Positions 11,207-23,294 of a stretch of DNA of 64,000 nt are shown piece after piece. Source of the DNA: Heptranchias perlo (Eukaryota). The position numbers and the translations under genes are program-made. The stretch is taken from positions 14,880,001 through 14,944,000 of the forward strand of contig NC_090340.1 in NCBI RefSeq assembly GCF_035084215.1. The letters run 5' to 3'. Each line of letters begins with the position of its first letter. Within the stretch, counting starts at the first letter, position 1. The notes under the pieces were generated by a model that was given only the letters and a program-made list of their open reading frames with translations, had not been told where the DNA came from and did not search any database.

Positions 11207-13044
11207 ATGGCTCAGCCAAGGGGAAAGGCTGCGCCCCATTTTTCAGACCTAGCACTGCAGCTGATGCTGGAGGGCGTGAGGAGGAGGAGGAAAACGCTCT
11301 TCCCAGAAGATGGATGCAAGTTCCCTGCCGCCGCCACCAGGAAGGCATGGGCAGAGGTGGCGGCGGAGGTGAGCAGCAGGGGCAACACCCCAAGGACTTG
11401 GGAGCAGTGCCGCAAGTGCTTCAATGACCTGACTAGGTCTGGCAAGGTGAGTACACCAACGCACCCTCCCACATCCCGTCCCCACCATCACGCCAAACAG
11501 ATCACAACCCCTCCTGCACAGCCACCACTGCGCTCCATCAGCAATCCTCACAGCCACTCATTCACCATCCTCGCCGTGCACGCAAGTACCCACCGTCCCT
11601 GACCCCACCCGAACACTACCACACACCCCAATTCCCATGCAATGGGATGGGCACGTGGCCCACGCATCCTCCCATCCATCTGCGCCACGCTGAACCCAAC
11701 CACACCGATGCTCGATGCGTCTCACGATGCAATACGCACCCACTCACACATCTGTGTTTTGCCTTCACAGGAGAAGAGAAGCAAGAACAATCGGGAAAGG
11801 GCACGCACCGGAGGTGGCCCGCCGCAAGTGGTGGAGCTCACCGACGCCGAGGTGGAGGCGCTCGACCTCGCCCGCACGCGACATTGCCTGTCGGTGGCTG
11901 ATGGCGAGTGTGTCGCTGCCGAAACGGCCGGTAAGGGAAAGCTGACACTCAACACCCATGATCGCGAGTTACCGTATCATCACCTGCCATCAGGCGCACT
12001 GTCAAGTTGGTCCACATGCCTCAAAGTGCTCTCTGTTCTCTTGCAGGTCCGTCTGTGTGTGAAGCGATCGAGGAGGGCGATTCCTCAGAGGACATGGCGG
12101 TCTCTGAGGGTGCATCGTCGCATCAGAGCCAACCATCCACCAGTGCAGAGACACGCACCTCGGTGGGTCCCCCTCGCCAACTAGTTGGGGTAGCACTTGG
12201 TGAGTCACCACGCACGAGTGAGCATGAGCAGACCCTGGTGGCAGGGGCAGCCGCGGAGGGTCCGCGACGGAGGGAGCACTCATCTCCAGGCTCTGCTCAG
12301 CCGGACCCAGATGCTGAACCCAGTGGGCCACCAGTCAAAAGGAGAGTCGTCGAGGGGCACCAGCTAATTGCTGAGGTACTGGGAGAGGTGCCGCGCGCAT
12401 TGTCCACAATATCGCAGGCGATGGAGGAGTCCAACTCCTGCATGCGGGCATTGGTGGCGCAGGCACAGGAGGGTACCGGCGACACAGTGTCGCGGGTAGG
12501 TGCGGGACTGTCTGCAGTGGAGGACAGGCTGGCCTCCCTTGAGCGTCACGCACAGCTCCAGATCGAGTCCTTGCAGGCCCTGACAACGTCTGTACGGATT
12601 CAGGGTGAGCAACATTCCGCCGCCATCAACAGGCTGACGGATACACTAGGGGTGGCCTTGCAAGGCCTCACACATGCCATCCAAACTGCCATCCAGCAGG
12701 GTGGAAGGCGTGATGTGGGCCGAGGCCAAGAGAGGGATGATGGTGACCGGGGACATGGAAGCGGGGACGCTTCTCAAGGCGCCCCCACGTCCCACCCGTC
12801 GCCCACCTCTCAACCAGTACCCGCAATGGTGCCTCCTCTCCAGGTGGCCGAGTCTGCCCCTGCCCCGGTGCAGGAGGAGCAGTCTGTGGAGGTGCCCTCA
12901 CGGGCACCGAAACCCAGGGGCCGTCCTCCAAAAGCATCTACCCGGTCAAGGCAAGAACACGAGCAACCTGCCACTACCTCTGCTGGAGCCACAGGGGTAG
13001 CACCACGTAGGGGTACCCGGAAAAGAAATGCAAAGGCGTTATAA
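11207..13044 (+). CDS. Harbinger Myb/SANT-like DNA-binding protein, 3 exons (11207-11446, 11771-11930, 12047-13044), 465 aa, intact
   Basis: GT-AG introns; 240+160+998 = 1398 nt in frame. FS..L..V....LF...RKAW.EVA..VS...RTW.QCRK.FNDL, then RTGGGPP. Coiled-coil-like middle region and basic C-terminal RRGTRKR. Confidence 0.9.
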
Positions 13045-13339
13045 TCACAAAGGGAATACACCAGGGTGTTTATTAATTTGTACATTTTTTTATATAATGT
13101 CACATTGGAGATATTAAATACTCTATTCTCACCACTCCTGCCACCTCTCGTCCATTCTTCCGCGGCCTGTGCAATAGGTGCGTTCCGTGGAGGCCATCAT
13201 GACGGCGAACACCTGCTGCCACCCATAGGGCACACTGCTGTGGGTGCAGGATTACTGGCAACACTCTTCAGTGGAGGGGGCTGGTATGGCTGCTCGCATG
13301 TTCAGGTGAGGAGATGCGAGCGCCTCGCAGTGTCTGACT

Positions 13340-14584
13340 CTAGGAGAACCGTTGACGTATGTGTGCCTCCCTGGCCCGGCGACCATCCCGGTGAGTCGTG
13401 GTTCGGCGCATGGGTCGTCCACTATCCTCTGGCGCGTCCTCCTCCTCCGCCTCCTCCTCCTCCTCCTCCTCCTCCTCGCCCTCGCCTTCCTCAATGTGGG
13501 TGGCGGGTGTGGATGGGGCCTCCTCCAGCGGCACCCCTCTCTGTTGGGCCATGTTGTGCAGGGCACAGCAGACAACTATGATTCGTCCCACTCTGAATGG
13601 TGTGTATTGCAGCTCTCCCCCAGAATGATCAAGGCACATGAAGGGCATCTTGAGAAGCCCTATGGTCTGCTCAATTGTAGACCTGGTAGCAGTGTGGCTG
13701 TCATTATACCGACGCTCCGGCTCGGTGATGGGGTTCCTCAGAGGTGTCATGAGCCACGTGTGGAGGGGATACCCCTTGTCGCCGAGGAGCCAGCGGTTGC
13801 CGGCGTTGGGTGCCTGCAGGATGGGCGGGACGGCGGACTCCCTGAGGACGAAGGCATCGAGGCAGCTGCCGGGGTATCTGGCGTACATGTGTAGGAATCT
13901 CTGGCGGTGGTTACAGATGAGCTGGGCGTTCATGGAGTGATACCCCTTCCTGTTGATGAACAGCCGTGGCTCATGCGGAGGTGCCCGTATTGCGATGTTG
14001 GTGCAGTCGATTACACCCTGCACCCGTGGGAAGCCGGCCATGGCATGGAATCCAACCGCCCTCTCCATCTGGCTGCGCTCGTCCATGGCGAAGTTGATGT
14101 AGTGCGAGGCCCTGCGGAACAACCCATCGGTGACCTGCCTTATGCACTTGTGTGCAGAGGACTGACAGACCCCGGTGATGTCCCCGGTGGCACCCTGGAA
14201 GGAACCGGATGCGAAGAAGTTGAGGGCCGTGGTGACTTTGACGGCGACAGGTAGGAAGATGCTGCTTGGTCCATCAGGGAGCAGCTCGTCGTTAAGGAGG
14301 CTGCAGATGTCGGCGACTACCTGGCGATTGACTCTGAGCCGACGTATGCACTGCTCCTCGGAGAGGTCCATGAAGCTGAGCCTCGGTCTGTAGACCCTGT
14401 GCGGAGGGTAGTGCCTCCTGCGACGCATCTCTCTCTGCGGTTGCCCTCCCTCCTGCTGTGCAGGTGGGTGTGCCACCGCACCGTGTTGGGGGGCCCCACG
14501 TCTCCGAGGCGGACGGCGTGGACTGTGAGGCTGCTGGGGCTGGTCATCCTGTTCGTCCTCCGACGATGTCAACGCACCACCCAT
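13340..14584 (-). CDS. Harbinger (HARBI1-like, DDE_Tnp_4) transposase, single exon, 414 aa from the first ATG
   Basis: Open ORF with [42 protein letters not shown] and CC.LHN. Acidic poly-E C-terminus. Confidence 0.93.
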   Translation of the reverse strand: MGGALTSSEDEQDDQPQQPHSPRRPPRRRGAPQHGAVAHPPAQQEGGQPQREMRRRRHYPPHRVYRPRLSFMDLSEEQCIRRLRVNRQVVADICSLLNDELLPDGPSSIFLPVAVKVTTALNFFASGSFQGATGDITGVCQSSAHKCIRQVTDGLFRRASHYINFAMDERSQMERAVGFHAMAGFPRVQGVIDCTNIAIRAPPHEPRLFINRKGYHSMNAQLICNHRQRFLHMYARYPGSCLDAFVLRESAVPPILQAPNAGNRWLLGDKGYPLHTWLMTPLRNPITEPERRYNDSHTATRSTIEQTIGLLKMPFMCLDHSGGELQYTPFRVGRIIVVCCALHNMAQQRGVPLEEAPSTPATHIEEGEGEEEEEEEEEAEEEDAPEDSGRPMRRTTTHRDGRRAREAHIRQRFS

Positions 14585-16176
14585 CTGGCAGGTGTTGGTC
14601 TGAGGGGTTGTGCAGGGTAGGTGGGTGTGTCCTCGGACTGGGGCTGCGGTTTCGTGTCGGTCTGTCCTCTGGCTTGGCGGGGGGTGGTGGAGGGCAGAGG
14701 TTGCCCTATGTGACGCGGTGGCCTCCTGCGTGGGTGAGGGCTCTCCCCCGTGGAGCGCACCTTGGCAGCTGCCACAGGCTGCTGGTTGCAACACGCCTGG
14801 TTGAGGAGGGACTATTTCCCCCAGTGTGGGAAACTCACTGCCTTGAACCGAAAATCCCACACTTCCTCTTTTGACAGGTGCTTCAGCTCATTAACTGACC
14901 ACAACGAGCAAGGTAAGTACTCTCAAGTGGAACCCCGCTGGCTTTAATTGCCTGCGGGATTCCCACCAGCGGGGCTTGCGCGCGCAGCCCCGCACGTCAG
15001 CGCGGTACCCGGAAGTGGCCGGGATTTCGTCGCGATCCGGTCACGTGACCGGATATCGGGATTTTCGGGGCCGCCCCGCTGGGAACCCGCCGGAAACACG
15101 ATCCCGAAATCGAGCCCCATATTCCCTTCTCCCAGTTTCTCCGTCTCCGTCGCATCTGTTCTGACAACACCATCTTTTGCACCAGTGCTTCTGATATGTC
15201 TTCCTTTTTCCTCAACCGAGGATTCCCCTCCACTGTAGTTGACAGGGCCCTGTCTGTCCTGTTTCCTGCACTTCTGCCATTAATCCTTCCCTTCCCTCCC
15301 GGCAACATGAAAGGGATCCCCTTGTCCTCATCTTCCAACCTTCCAGCCTCCACATTCAACCCTCAGTCATTTTCACCACATCCAGCACGCTCTCACCACC
15401 AAACACATCTTCCCCTCCCCTCCCCTTTCAGCATTCCACAGGGATGGCTTCCTCCGCAACACTCTCGTTTACTCTTCCGTCACTTCCAACACCCGCCCTC
15501 CTCCTCACACGACCTTCCCGTGCAAGCACAGGAGATGCAACATCTGCCCCTTCACCTCTTCCCTTCCCACAGTCCAGGGCCCCAAACACACCTTCCAGGT
15601 GAAACAACAATTTAATGTACTTCTTTCAAATTAGTATACTGTATCCGCTGCACACAATGTGGTCTCCTCGAAATCGGAGAGAGCAAACGCAGACTGGGTG
15701 ATTGCTTTGCTGAACACCTCTGCTCTGTCCGCAAGCATGACTCTGACCTGCCGGTCACTTGCCATTTTCATTCCTCTTCCCACTCCTACTCTGATATCTC
15801 TGTCCTTGACCTCTTGCACTGTTCAAATGAAACTAGAGGAACAGCACCTCTTCTTTCGTTTAGGCACTTCACAACCTTCTGGACTCAATATTGATTTCAA
15901 TAACTTCAGATCATATCCGCTGCTCCGATTTTTTCAGTCAGCTAGTGCTGGTAATGGGTCTGCTGCTGCCATTTAAATCTGATCCTGAGCAATCTTTTGT
16001 TTCTTGACCTGTCCCATTACCACCTTTCTTGCCTTGCACCATCATCCCTTTTGTCATTTAATCACTCGTGCCCTCGACCCTATCACAGACCTTCCCTTTT
16101 GTTCTTTCCTCCCCTCCACCCCACCTTTTCCTGACTCTGTACTTGCTCAAAAACTTTAACTCTTTTAACATCTTCC

Positions 16177-16213
16177 AGTTCTGACAAAAGTTCTTCGACC
16201 TGAACTGTTAACT
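16177..16213 (+). ncRNA. Degenerate minimal hammerhead ribozyme motif in the Penelope pLTR
   Basis: AGTT-CTGACAA-aagttc.ttc.gacct-GAAC-TG-TT-AACT. Helix I (AGTT/AACT) is intact; the core is mutated from CUGANGA/GAAA. Confidence 0.5.
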
Positions 16214-16544
16214 TTGTTTCTTTCTCCGCAGATGCTGCCTCACATGTTGAGCTTCTCCAGCATTTTCTGTTTTTATTATAAAATTGATAGAGCCTCCAGA
16301 ACACACACACACACACGCACACATATAGGCATGTGCGTATATGCAAGGATCACGAGCCAGATGAGATGCACAGTTCAGTCTCACACAAGAAGAATAAACA
16401 CTTAGGTGAGATGCCAGGGTTGCAGAAATAGTGGCATATTCCCCATCAGGAGTCACCGCTTTGAGGAAGTGGAAGAATTGAGTGGGGGAATGGGTCGATT
16501 TAGCTGCTTTTCAGATGTCACTTACATTTATTGTATTAGGTTAC

Positions 16545-16910
16545 ATAGGAACATACGAATTAAGAGCAGGAGTAGGCCACTCGGCCCTTCGAGCCTGCTC
16601 TGCCATTTGATAAGATCATGGCTGATCTAATTGTGACCTCAACCCGACAGTCCGGGCTACCTACAATAACCTTTGACTCCCTTGTTAATCAGGCATCTGT
16701 CTAACTCAGCCTTAAAAATATTCAAAGACTCTGCCTCCACCGCTCTCTGGGGAAGGGAGTTCCACAGGCTCAGGATCCTCTGAGAAAAAACAAACTTCTC
16801 CTCATCTCCGTCTTAAATGGGAGACCCCTTATTTTTAAACAAGTTCTAGTCTCCCCAACAAGGGGAAACATCCTCTCAGCATCTACCCCTTCAAGTTCCC
16901 TCAGGGGCTT
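16545..16910 (-). mobile_element. CR1 LINE 3' end
   Basis: cataggaacatacgaattaagagcaggagtaggccactcggccc tail and adjacent CR1 3' sequence. Confidence 0.75.
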
Positions 16911-17249
16911 ATATTACACTTCACTTTAAGATGAACATTTATCGCAAACTAATTCAATGGCTGTATTTCCCACTGCGCCAAACATCGTGTATCTGATTGC
17001 GATTTGATGACATCACTCCCTGGTTGCTTCCTGTTTAAATTGGCACCGAATTTCTCAATGATTGGTTTGGGTCCCATATTCCCTACCTTCATGTGGCATT
17101 TAAAATTAACTGAATTATTTAATATTCTGACATAAGTAATATTGAAAACTTCTCAACTTGAAATCGAGTAGTTGACAAATTCTACAAATACAGACAACTG
17201 AATCGATTTTGCAACGTCACTGGGTGCCCGTCGACAGGTTCCCTTCTGT

Positions 17250-17640
17250 AAAGCAAAAGAAAGAATTTGCTTTTTATGGCGCCTTATCATTTCCTCAGGA
17301 CATGGCAAAGCGCGTCACAACCAATCAGTTACTTTTTTCAGTGCAGTCATTGTTCTTACCTTGGCAAACGGAAAGACATTTTGTGCACAAGGGCCCACAA
17401 ACAGCAAATTAGGTGAGTGATCACTTTGATCCGTTAATTCATTTTAAGGCCTGATTGTTGCAGGTAGAATGTTGATCAGGTCACCGGGAGAACTCGCTGT
17501 TCTTAATCCAAACAGCACAGTGCAATATTTTACATGCAGCCGAATCGCCAGACCAGGGACACAGAGTTTAAGTTTAATGCCTCTTCCGGAAGTGTCGAAT
17601 GGGACAATGCTGCACACCTTCAGTACGAACATGCTGACTG
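17250..17640 (-). mobile_element. Deu-domain SINE (SacSINE1/AmnSINE-like)
   Basis: gcgcctt..caggac..caaagcgc..acaaccaat...cccacaaacagcaa...caccgggagaactc...gacaatgctgcacaccttcagtac, in reverse Deu-domain order. Confidence 0.6.
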
Positions 17641-17946
17641 TGGATAGAGACAGAAATAAAACCAGTATGGATTGATAATATAATTCAACTACTAAAGACT
17701 TCTTATTCATGATGAAATGGGCGATAGTAGATACACTACTGAGTATGGAAGGCTCGATCTTGAGAATTGGGCCACTTATGACATTAAATAGATATAAGAT
17801 ATATAACATATGTAACGAATCATTTACTTTATAAAACATTTAAAGTAAGCTCGTTTACATATACACCAGTAAGCTGTCGCCATGCGATGAAACTGGATGC
17901 AAATGGTAAATAATTAAAACTGAATTATCTTATAATAAATGGGAAG

Positions 17947-19240
17947 TTTTTTATTTCATTCTTGGGATGTCGGCGGTGCTGGCAAGGCGGGCATTTATTG
18001 CCCATCCCTAGTTGTCCTTGGGAAGGTGCTGGTGGGCATTCCTCTTGTACTGCTGCAATCTGCAGAAAATGTACTCCCACAGTGCTGTTGGGTAGGGAGA
18101 TCCCTGCGACGATGAAGGAACCGCATATATGTCCAAATAGGGATTTTGTGTGACTTGGAAGGAAACTTGGAAGTGATGGTGTTCCCATGCACCTGTTGAC
18201 CTTGTTCTTCTAGATGCAGGAGGTTGCGGGTTTTGGAGGTGCTGCCGAAGAAGCCTTGGTGAATTGCTGCAGTGCATCCTGTAGTTGCAGTGGCACCCAT
18301 CCAGGACAGTGGACCTTATTCTATCGCATTCCTGACTTGTGCCTCGTAGGTGGTGGAGATTTTTTGGCGAGTCAGATGTGAGCCACGAAACGCAGAATAC
18401 CTATCCTCTGAACTGTTCTAATAGCCACGGCATGTATGTGGCTGCTCCAATTGAGTTTTTGGTCAATGGTGACTCTCATTAAGTTGATAGTGAGGGATTC
18501 GGTGATGGTGATGCAAAGGGATATCATGAGATCGTGGTTACGCTCTCTCTTGTGGACAATAAATGCTGGCCTCGCCAGCGACGCCCACATCTCATGAACG
18601 AATAAAAAAAATGGTGATTTCCCGGCACATATGTAGGGCGAATGTTACTTGACACTTATCAGCCCAAGTCTGGATGTTGTTGAGGTCTTGCTGCATGCGA
18701 GCATGGACTGCTTCATTTTCTGAGGAATTGTGAATGGAGCAGAACAATGTGCAATCATCAGTGAGCAGCACCATTACTGACCTTATGATGGAGGGAAGCT
18801 CATTGATGAAGCAGCCCTGAGTAACTCCTGCAGCGATATCCTGGGCTCCAATAACCATAACCACCTTCCCTTGTGCCAGATATGATTCCAGCCACTGGAG
18901 AGCTTTCTCACTGATTCCCATTGACTTCAGTTTTACAAGGGTTCCTTAGTGCCTTGATGTCAAGAGCAATCTCTCTCACCTTACCTCTGGAATTCAGTGC
19001 TTGTGTCCATGTTTGGACTAAGGACATAATTACTCTGGAGCCGAGTGGTTCTGCACAACACAAACTGAATATCAGTTGAGTAGGTTATTGGTAAGTAAAT
19101 ACCACTTAAAGCTGTGTTGACGACTCCTTCCATCACTTTGCTGAAGACTAATAGTAGGTTGATAAAGCAGTAATTGGCCCATTTGGATTTGCCCTGCTTT
19201 TTCGAGACAGGACCTACCTGGGCAATTTTTATCTTTTCCA
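17947..19240 (-). mobile_element. Degenerate copy of CR1-group LINE family X (same family as 39323-42202)
   Basis: LQWLESYLAQ, MQQDLNNIQ.WA and SKVMEGVV fragments; same 3' tail. Confidence 0.85.
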
Positions 19241-20582
19241 AATCATCCATCTCTGACTGCAATTCACAATTGTGCCAAATTAGTTCCCTGCTGCGGGTCT
19301 TTTTTAAAAAACTCGTTCAGGGGATGTGGGCATCGCTGGCAAGGCCAACATTTATTCCCCATTCCTAATTGCCCTTGAGAAGGTGGTGATGAGCCACCTT
19401 CTTGAACCGCTGCTCGAAGTTCAGTGGAATCTGGGTTGAGATTTCAATCATTTTTCGTAGTGAGGGGAGAAGAGAGTTTACTAGATTCAGTCTGCGTTGG
19501 GGATTGTAAACCACCGCTCAAGTGTGGCAGGAGAGTTTGCTAACATATTGCGATCAATGGAAAATAAAATTGGGCGGAGACCGAAACGGACGGCCGAGGG
19601 CAGTCTCAGCCATTGTTGCCCGCTGTGCCTATGTTCCCTTGACCAATTTGGTTTCGTGTGGTACCGATGCTATTTCTGAGAAGATATTAAAAGAAAAACT
19701 GTGAATGCGAAACATCCGAAATAAACTAAAAAGTGCTGGAAATAATCGGGCGGGTTTCAGCATCGAAAAATAAAAAAAAATCATTTGCGGTGGGACCCTT
19801 AGATAGTTTAGAAAGTCAGTACTTCGGGTCTGAACACGGCAGAAAATGGCCAAATGGCTGTGCGTGCAGCAGGGTTTTCCACTTAAAATAGCAAAAAGTG
19901 AAAGCCTGGTTATTATTGTTACGATCATTCTTACCCTCATTGTTATGGGAGAGTTTACATGTTTTCAAAAACTGGCATATAATCAGCCATTAAATTGATC
20001 ATCATTTTCTTCCTTGGGGAACTGAACTAAATTATTAATGAGCGTTTATTGATTCACGATAATTAACTCAAAAAAAGGTTCACCAAAAATATAGTACCTA
20101 ACACTATGCATTAAATTACAGTATACCTGCATTCGACAAATTTGCAGATGATACAAAGCTTTGTGGAACGTGCAAGAGAAGTAGCATAACTTAAATTCGA
20201 CAAAGCATGAATGCTAGCAGAAAAATCGTAGATGAAATATAATGCAAACAACTGCGCATAACAAGTCACTTAGTTAACGGATGGTGTTGAAATAGCTAAG
20301 GATGAGACTAAAGAAGACCTCCGAATATGGCAACGCTAAAGCTGAACATGCCCAAACAATACAGAGCACCAAATAACGAACCAACAGAATGTCGAACTAT
20401 ATCGCCAAAACAGATGATTGTTAGTCAGAGGAGGGCATGACCAAACTGCATTGCGCTCTGAACAGACCACATATTGGGCATTGGGTCTAATTCTGGTCAT
20501 AGAAATAAGGAAGGAATTCAATCACTGGAGACAGTGCAGAGAAGAACCTCCAACCTAATTCACAGTGTGAAAGGTCTGAGTT

Positions 20583-23294
20583 TACATAGAATGTAAAGCA
20601 CAGAAATTGGCTATTCGGCTCAACAGGTCCATGCCGGTGTTTATGCTCAACACGAGCCTCTTCCCACACTTCTTCATCTATCTCCATCAACATGGCCTTC
20701 TATTCCTTTCTCGATCATGTGTTTATCCAGCATCCCCTTAAATGCATCCATGCTAGTCGCCTCAAATATTCCTTGTGGTGGTGAGTTCCACATTCTAACC
20801 ACTCCCTGGGTAAATAAATTTCTCCTGAATTCCCTTTGGAGTTTTTAGAGACTATCTGATACTAATGGCCACTAAATCTGGTTAGCCGTGCAAGTGGAAA
20901 CATCGTTTTCATGTCTACCCAATCAAACCATTTCATAATCTAAAAGACATCTATCAGGCCAACCCTCAGTCTTCTCTTTTCTAGAGACAAGACCCCCAGC
21001 CTGTTCAATCTTTCCTGATAGGTATAACCTCTCAGTTCTGGTGTCATTCTGGTAAATCGTTTTTACACCTTCTACAGTGCTGCTACATCCTTTTTATAAT
21101 ATGTAGACCAGAACTGTTCACAATCGTCCAAGTGTGGTCCAATCAAGGTTTTATACAAGTTTAACATAACTTCTCTGCTTTTCAATTCAATCCCTCTAGA
21201 AGTGAAATCTGGCACTTTGTTCACTGTTTATGTCCTTGCTAACCTTCATCGCTACATTTAGTGATTTGTGTACCTGTACCCCCAGATCCTGCTGCTCCTG
21301 TGCCCCATTTAGACTCATTTTCCAAGGAACATGTGGTCTCCTTATTCTTCCTACCAAAATGTACAATCTCACACTTACCTATATTGAAATTCATTTGGCA
21401 ATTTCACATCGATTCTACAAGTTTATTAATATCTTCATGCATTTCTCACAGTCCTCCTCAATATTAACAATACCCCCTAATTGTTGTCATCTGCAAATTT
21501 TGAAATCGTACTGCCGATTTTTGTGTCCAAGTCATTTATGTAAATAATGAATAACAGTGATCCCAGCATTGATTCTTATGGAACACCACTTCCCACCTTT
21601 TGCCAGTCTGAATATCTAGCCTCAAACCCTACACTCTGTTTTCTGTTTTGTAGCCAGCTTGCTGACCATTCGGCTATTTGTCCCCGACTCTACATACTCT
21701 GAACTCAGTCATGAGTTTACAATGCGGTACCTTATCAAAGGTCTTTTAAAAATCCAAATATATTACATCTGCTACATTACCCTGGAAAACCCTTTATGTT
21801 ACTTCTTCAAATAATTCAATAATATTGACTAAGCATGACCTTCCTTTTTGAAATCCGTGCTGATTATTCTTTATTATATTTTCAGTTTTTGGATGTTTTT
21901 CTATTACATCTTTGAGTAAGGATTCCATTATCTTTCCTACCACTGACGCCACTCTAATTGGCCTATAGCTCCCTGGACTTGTTCAATCTCCCTTTTTAAA
22001 TATCGGAATCATGTTAGCTATCCACTAGTGTTCTGGCACTATTACCTTTTCTCATGATTTTTTATTTATATGTAATAGTGCCTCTGCTATCTCTTCCTTA
22101 ACTTCGTTTAATATGCACGGATGCATATCCGGGGTTTAACCACGGGATAAACCAGGGGTTTAACCTCCTTAAGCTTGATTAGTTTATCAATTATCTCCCC
22201 CTTTCTATCTTAAATATCTTTATATCTGTTTTGATCTCTTCTTCTAATGTCATGCTCATCATGCTAGTCTCCCTGGTAAATACTGAGGAAAAATAATTAT
22301 TTAATATTTGTGCTATTTTGCTGTCATTACGTGAGTTGAACGTGTGTATCCCTTAGTGGTCCTATCCCTATCTTGATTTTCATTCTTTATTTATGTGTCT
22401 GTAGAATACTTCACTATTTCTTTTTATGTTCCTTGATAATTTGATTTCGTAGTTTCTCTTTGTCTTCCCAATTGTTTTTTTTAAACTTCTTACATAACCT
22501 TTTCTGATTCCCTTCTGTCATGCTCTCCTTTGTTGTCTATGTACTTAATGTATGCCTTTCCCTTTAGTTTCAATTTTGCACTTATTTCTTTATTCATCCA
22601 TGTTGTGTCATTATTGGTTAGTTTGTTCTGGCTTTTTAGTTGGATGTATTTCTCTTGGACTCCATTGATCTCCGTTTTTAATGTTTCCCACTGCTGTTCT
22701 ATTTCTTTATTTGTCAGTAAAATTTTCGACTTTATTTTCCCTAGTTCCATTCTCATCACCTTTAAAATTAGCTTTTATCCAATTCATTACTTTGGTCTTT
22801 GTCTTACTTATGTCCTTCTCAATCTTTATCCTATAACTTATTATGTTGTTAACACTATTGCCTAGATGTTCCCCAATGCTTACTTCTCTTATCTGTACTG
22901 GTTCACTTCCCATTATTACATGCAAAGAGGTCTTGCACATATTGTAAAATCTCCATTTCCTGTATCACTTTACTTACCCCTTCTCGCCAGTTTATTTGGG
23001 GGTAGTTAAAATCTTCCATGATTATTATTCTATGTCCTTTATTAATTTCACATATTTGCTTACATGTTTCTTCCTCCACCTCCTTTCCACTACTGGATGG
23101 TCTGTAGTATACCCATATTAGCACCATCGATCCCTTCGCATCGTTTATTTCAATCCATATGGATTCTGTTTTTATCCTTCTCTTATTTATGTCCCTTTTT
23201 TAACTGCCATTATGTTACATCTTATCAGTGCAGCTACTCCATCCACCTTTCTTCCTTCCCTTTACTTCCTGATGATGTTCTAACGTGTAATATT
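20583..23294 (-). mobile_element. CR1 LINE, degenerate; 5' side ends at Harbinger-3
   Basis: YYRP..SGKEVEEE.CKQI.E....RIIIM.DFNYP.INW (EN) through RT to the 3' tail; similar to 6822-9790. Confidence 0.88.

Larger units (their letters stand above)
10949..15117. mobile_element. PIF/Harbinger DNA transposon copy 1 (4169 bp), apparently intact
   Basis: 3-bp TSD CAT (10946-10948 and 15118-15120). Imperfect TIRs GGGCTCGAATTT / GGGCTCGATTTC. Subterminal GCGGGTTCCCAGCGGG at both ends. Convergent Myb and transposase genes. The flanks rejoin into Penelope RT. Confidence 0.95.
10575..16280 (+). mobile_element. Penelope-like retroelement (RT, GIY-YIG, pLTR), degenerate, interrupted by Harbinger-1
   Basis: RT GTRMGPSYACLFVGYVEQ...FFRYIDD (10600-10940), resuming at 15121 (PFSQFLRLRRICSD). 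GIY-YIG VYCIRC..CGLL.IGE.KRRLGD.FAEHL...LEEQHL.FRLGT.QP.GLN at 15630-15905. pLTR-like tail to about 16280. Confidence 0.9.

Noticed and set aside
13340-14584. Domesticated host HARBI1/NAIF1 genes
   Set aside because: TIRs, TSDs and multiple decayed copies indicate a transposon, not a domesticated gene.
14585-14860. 92-aa N-terminal extension of the transposase ORF
   Set aside because: It starts at GTG, and the equivalent regions in copies 2 and 3 are not in frame with their transposases; probably 5' UTR.
19629-19940. Signal-peptide-like ORF MIVTIITRLSLFAILS
   Set aside because: No convincing splice donor or downstream Ig exon.
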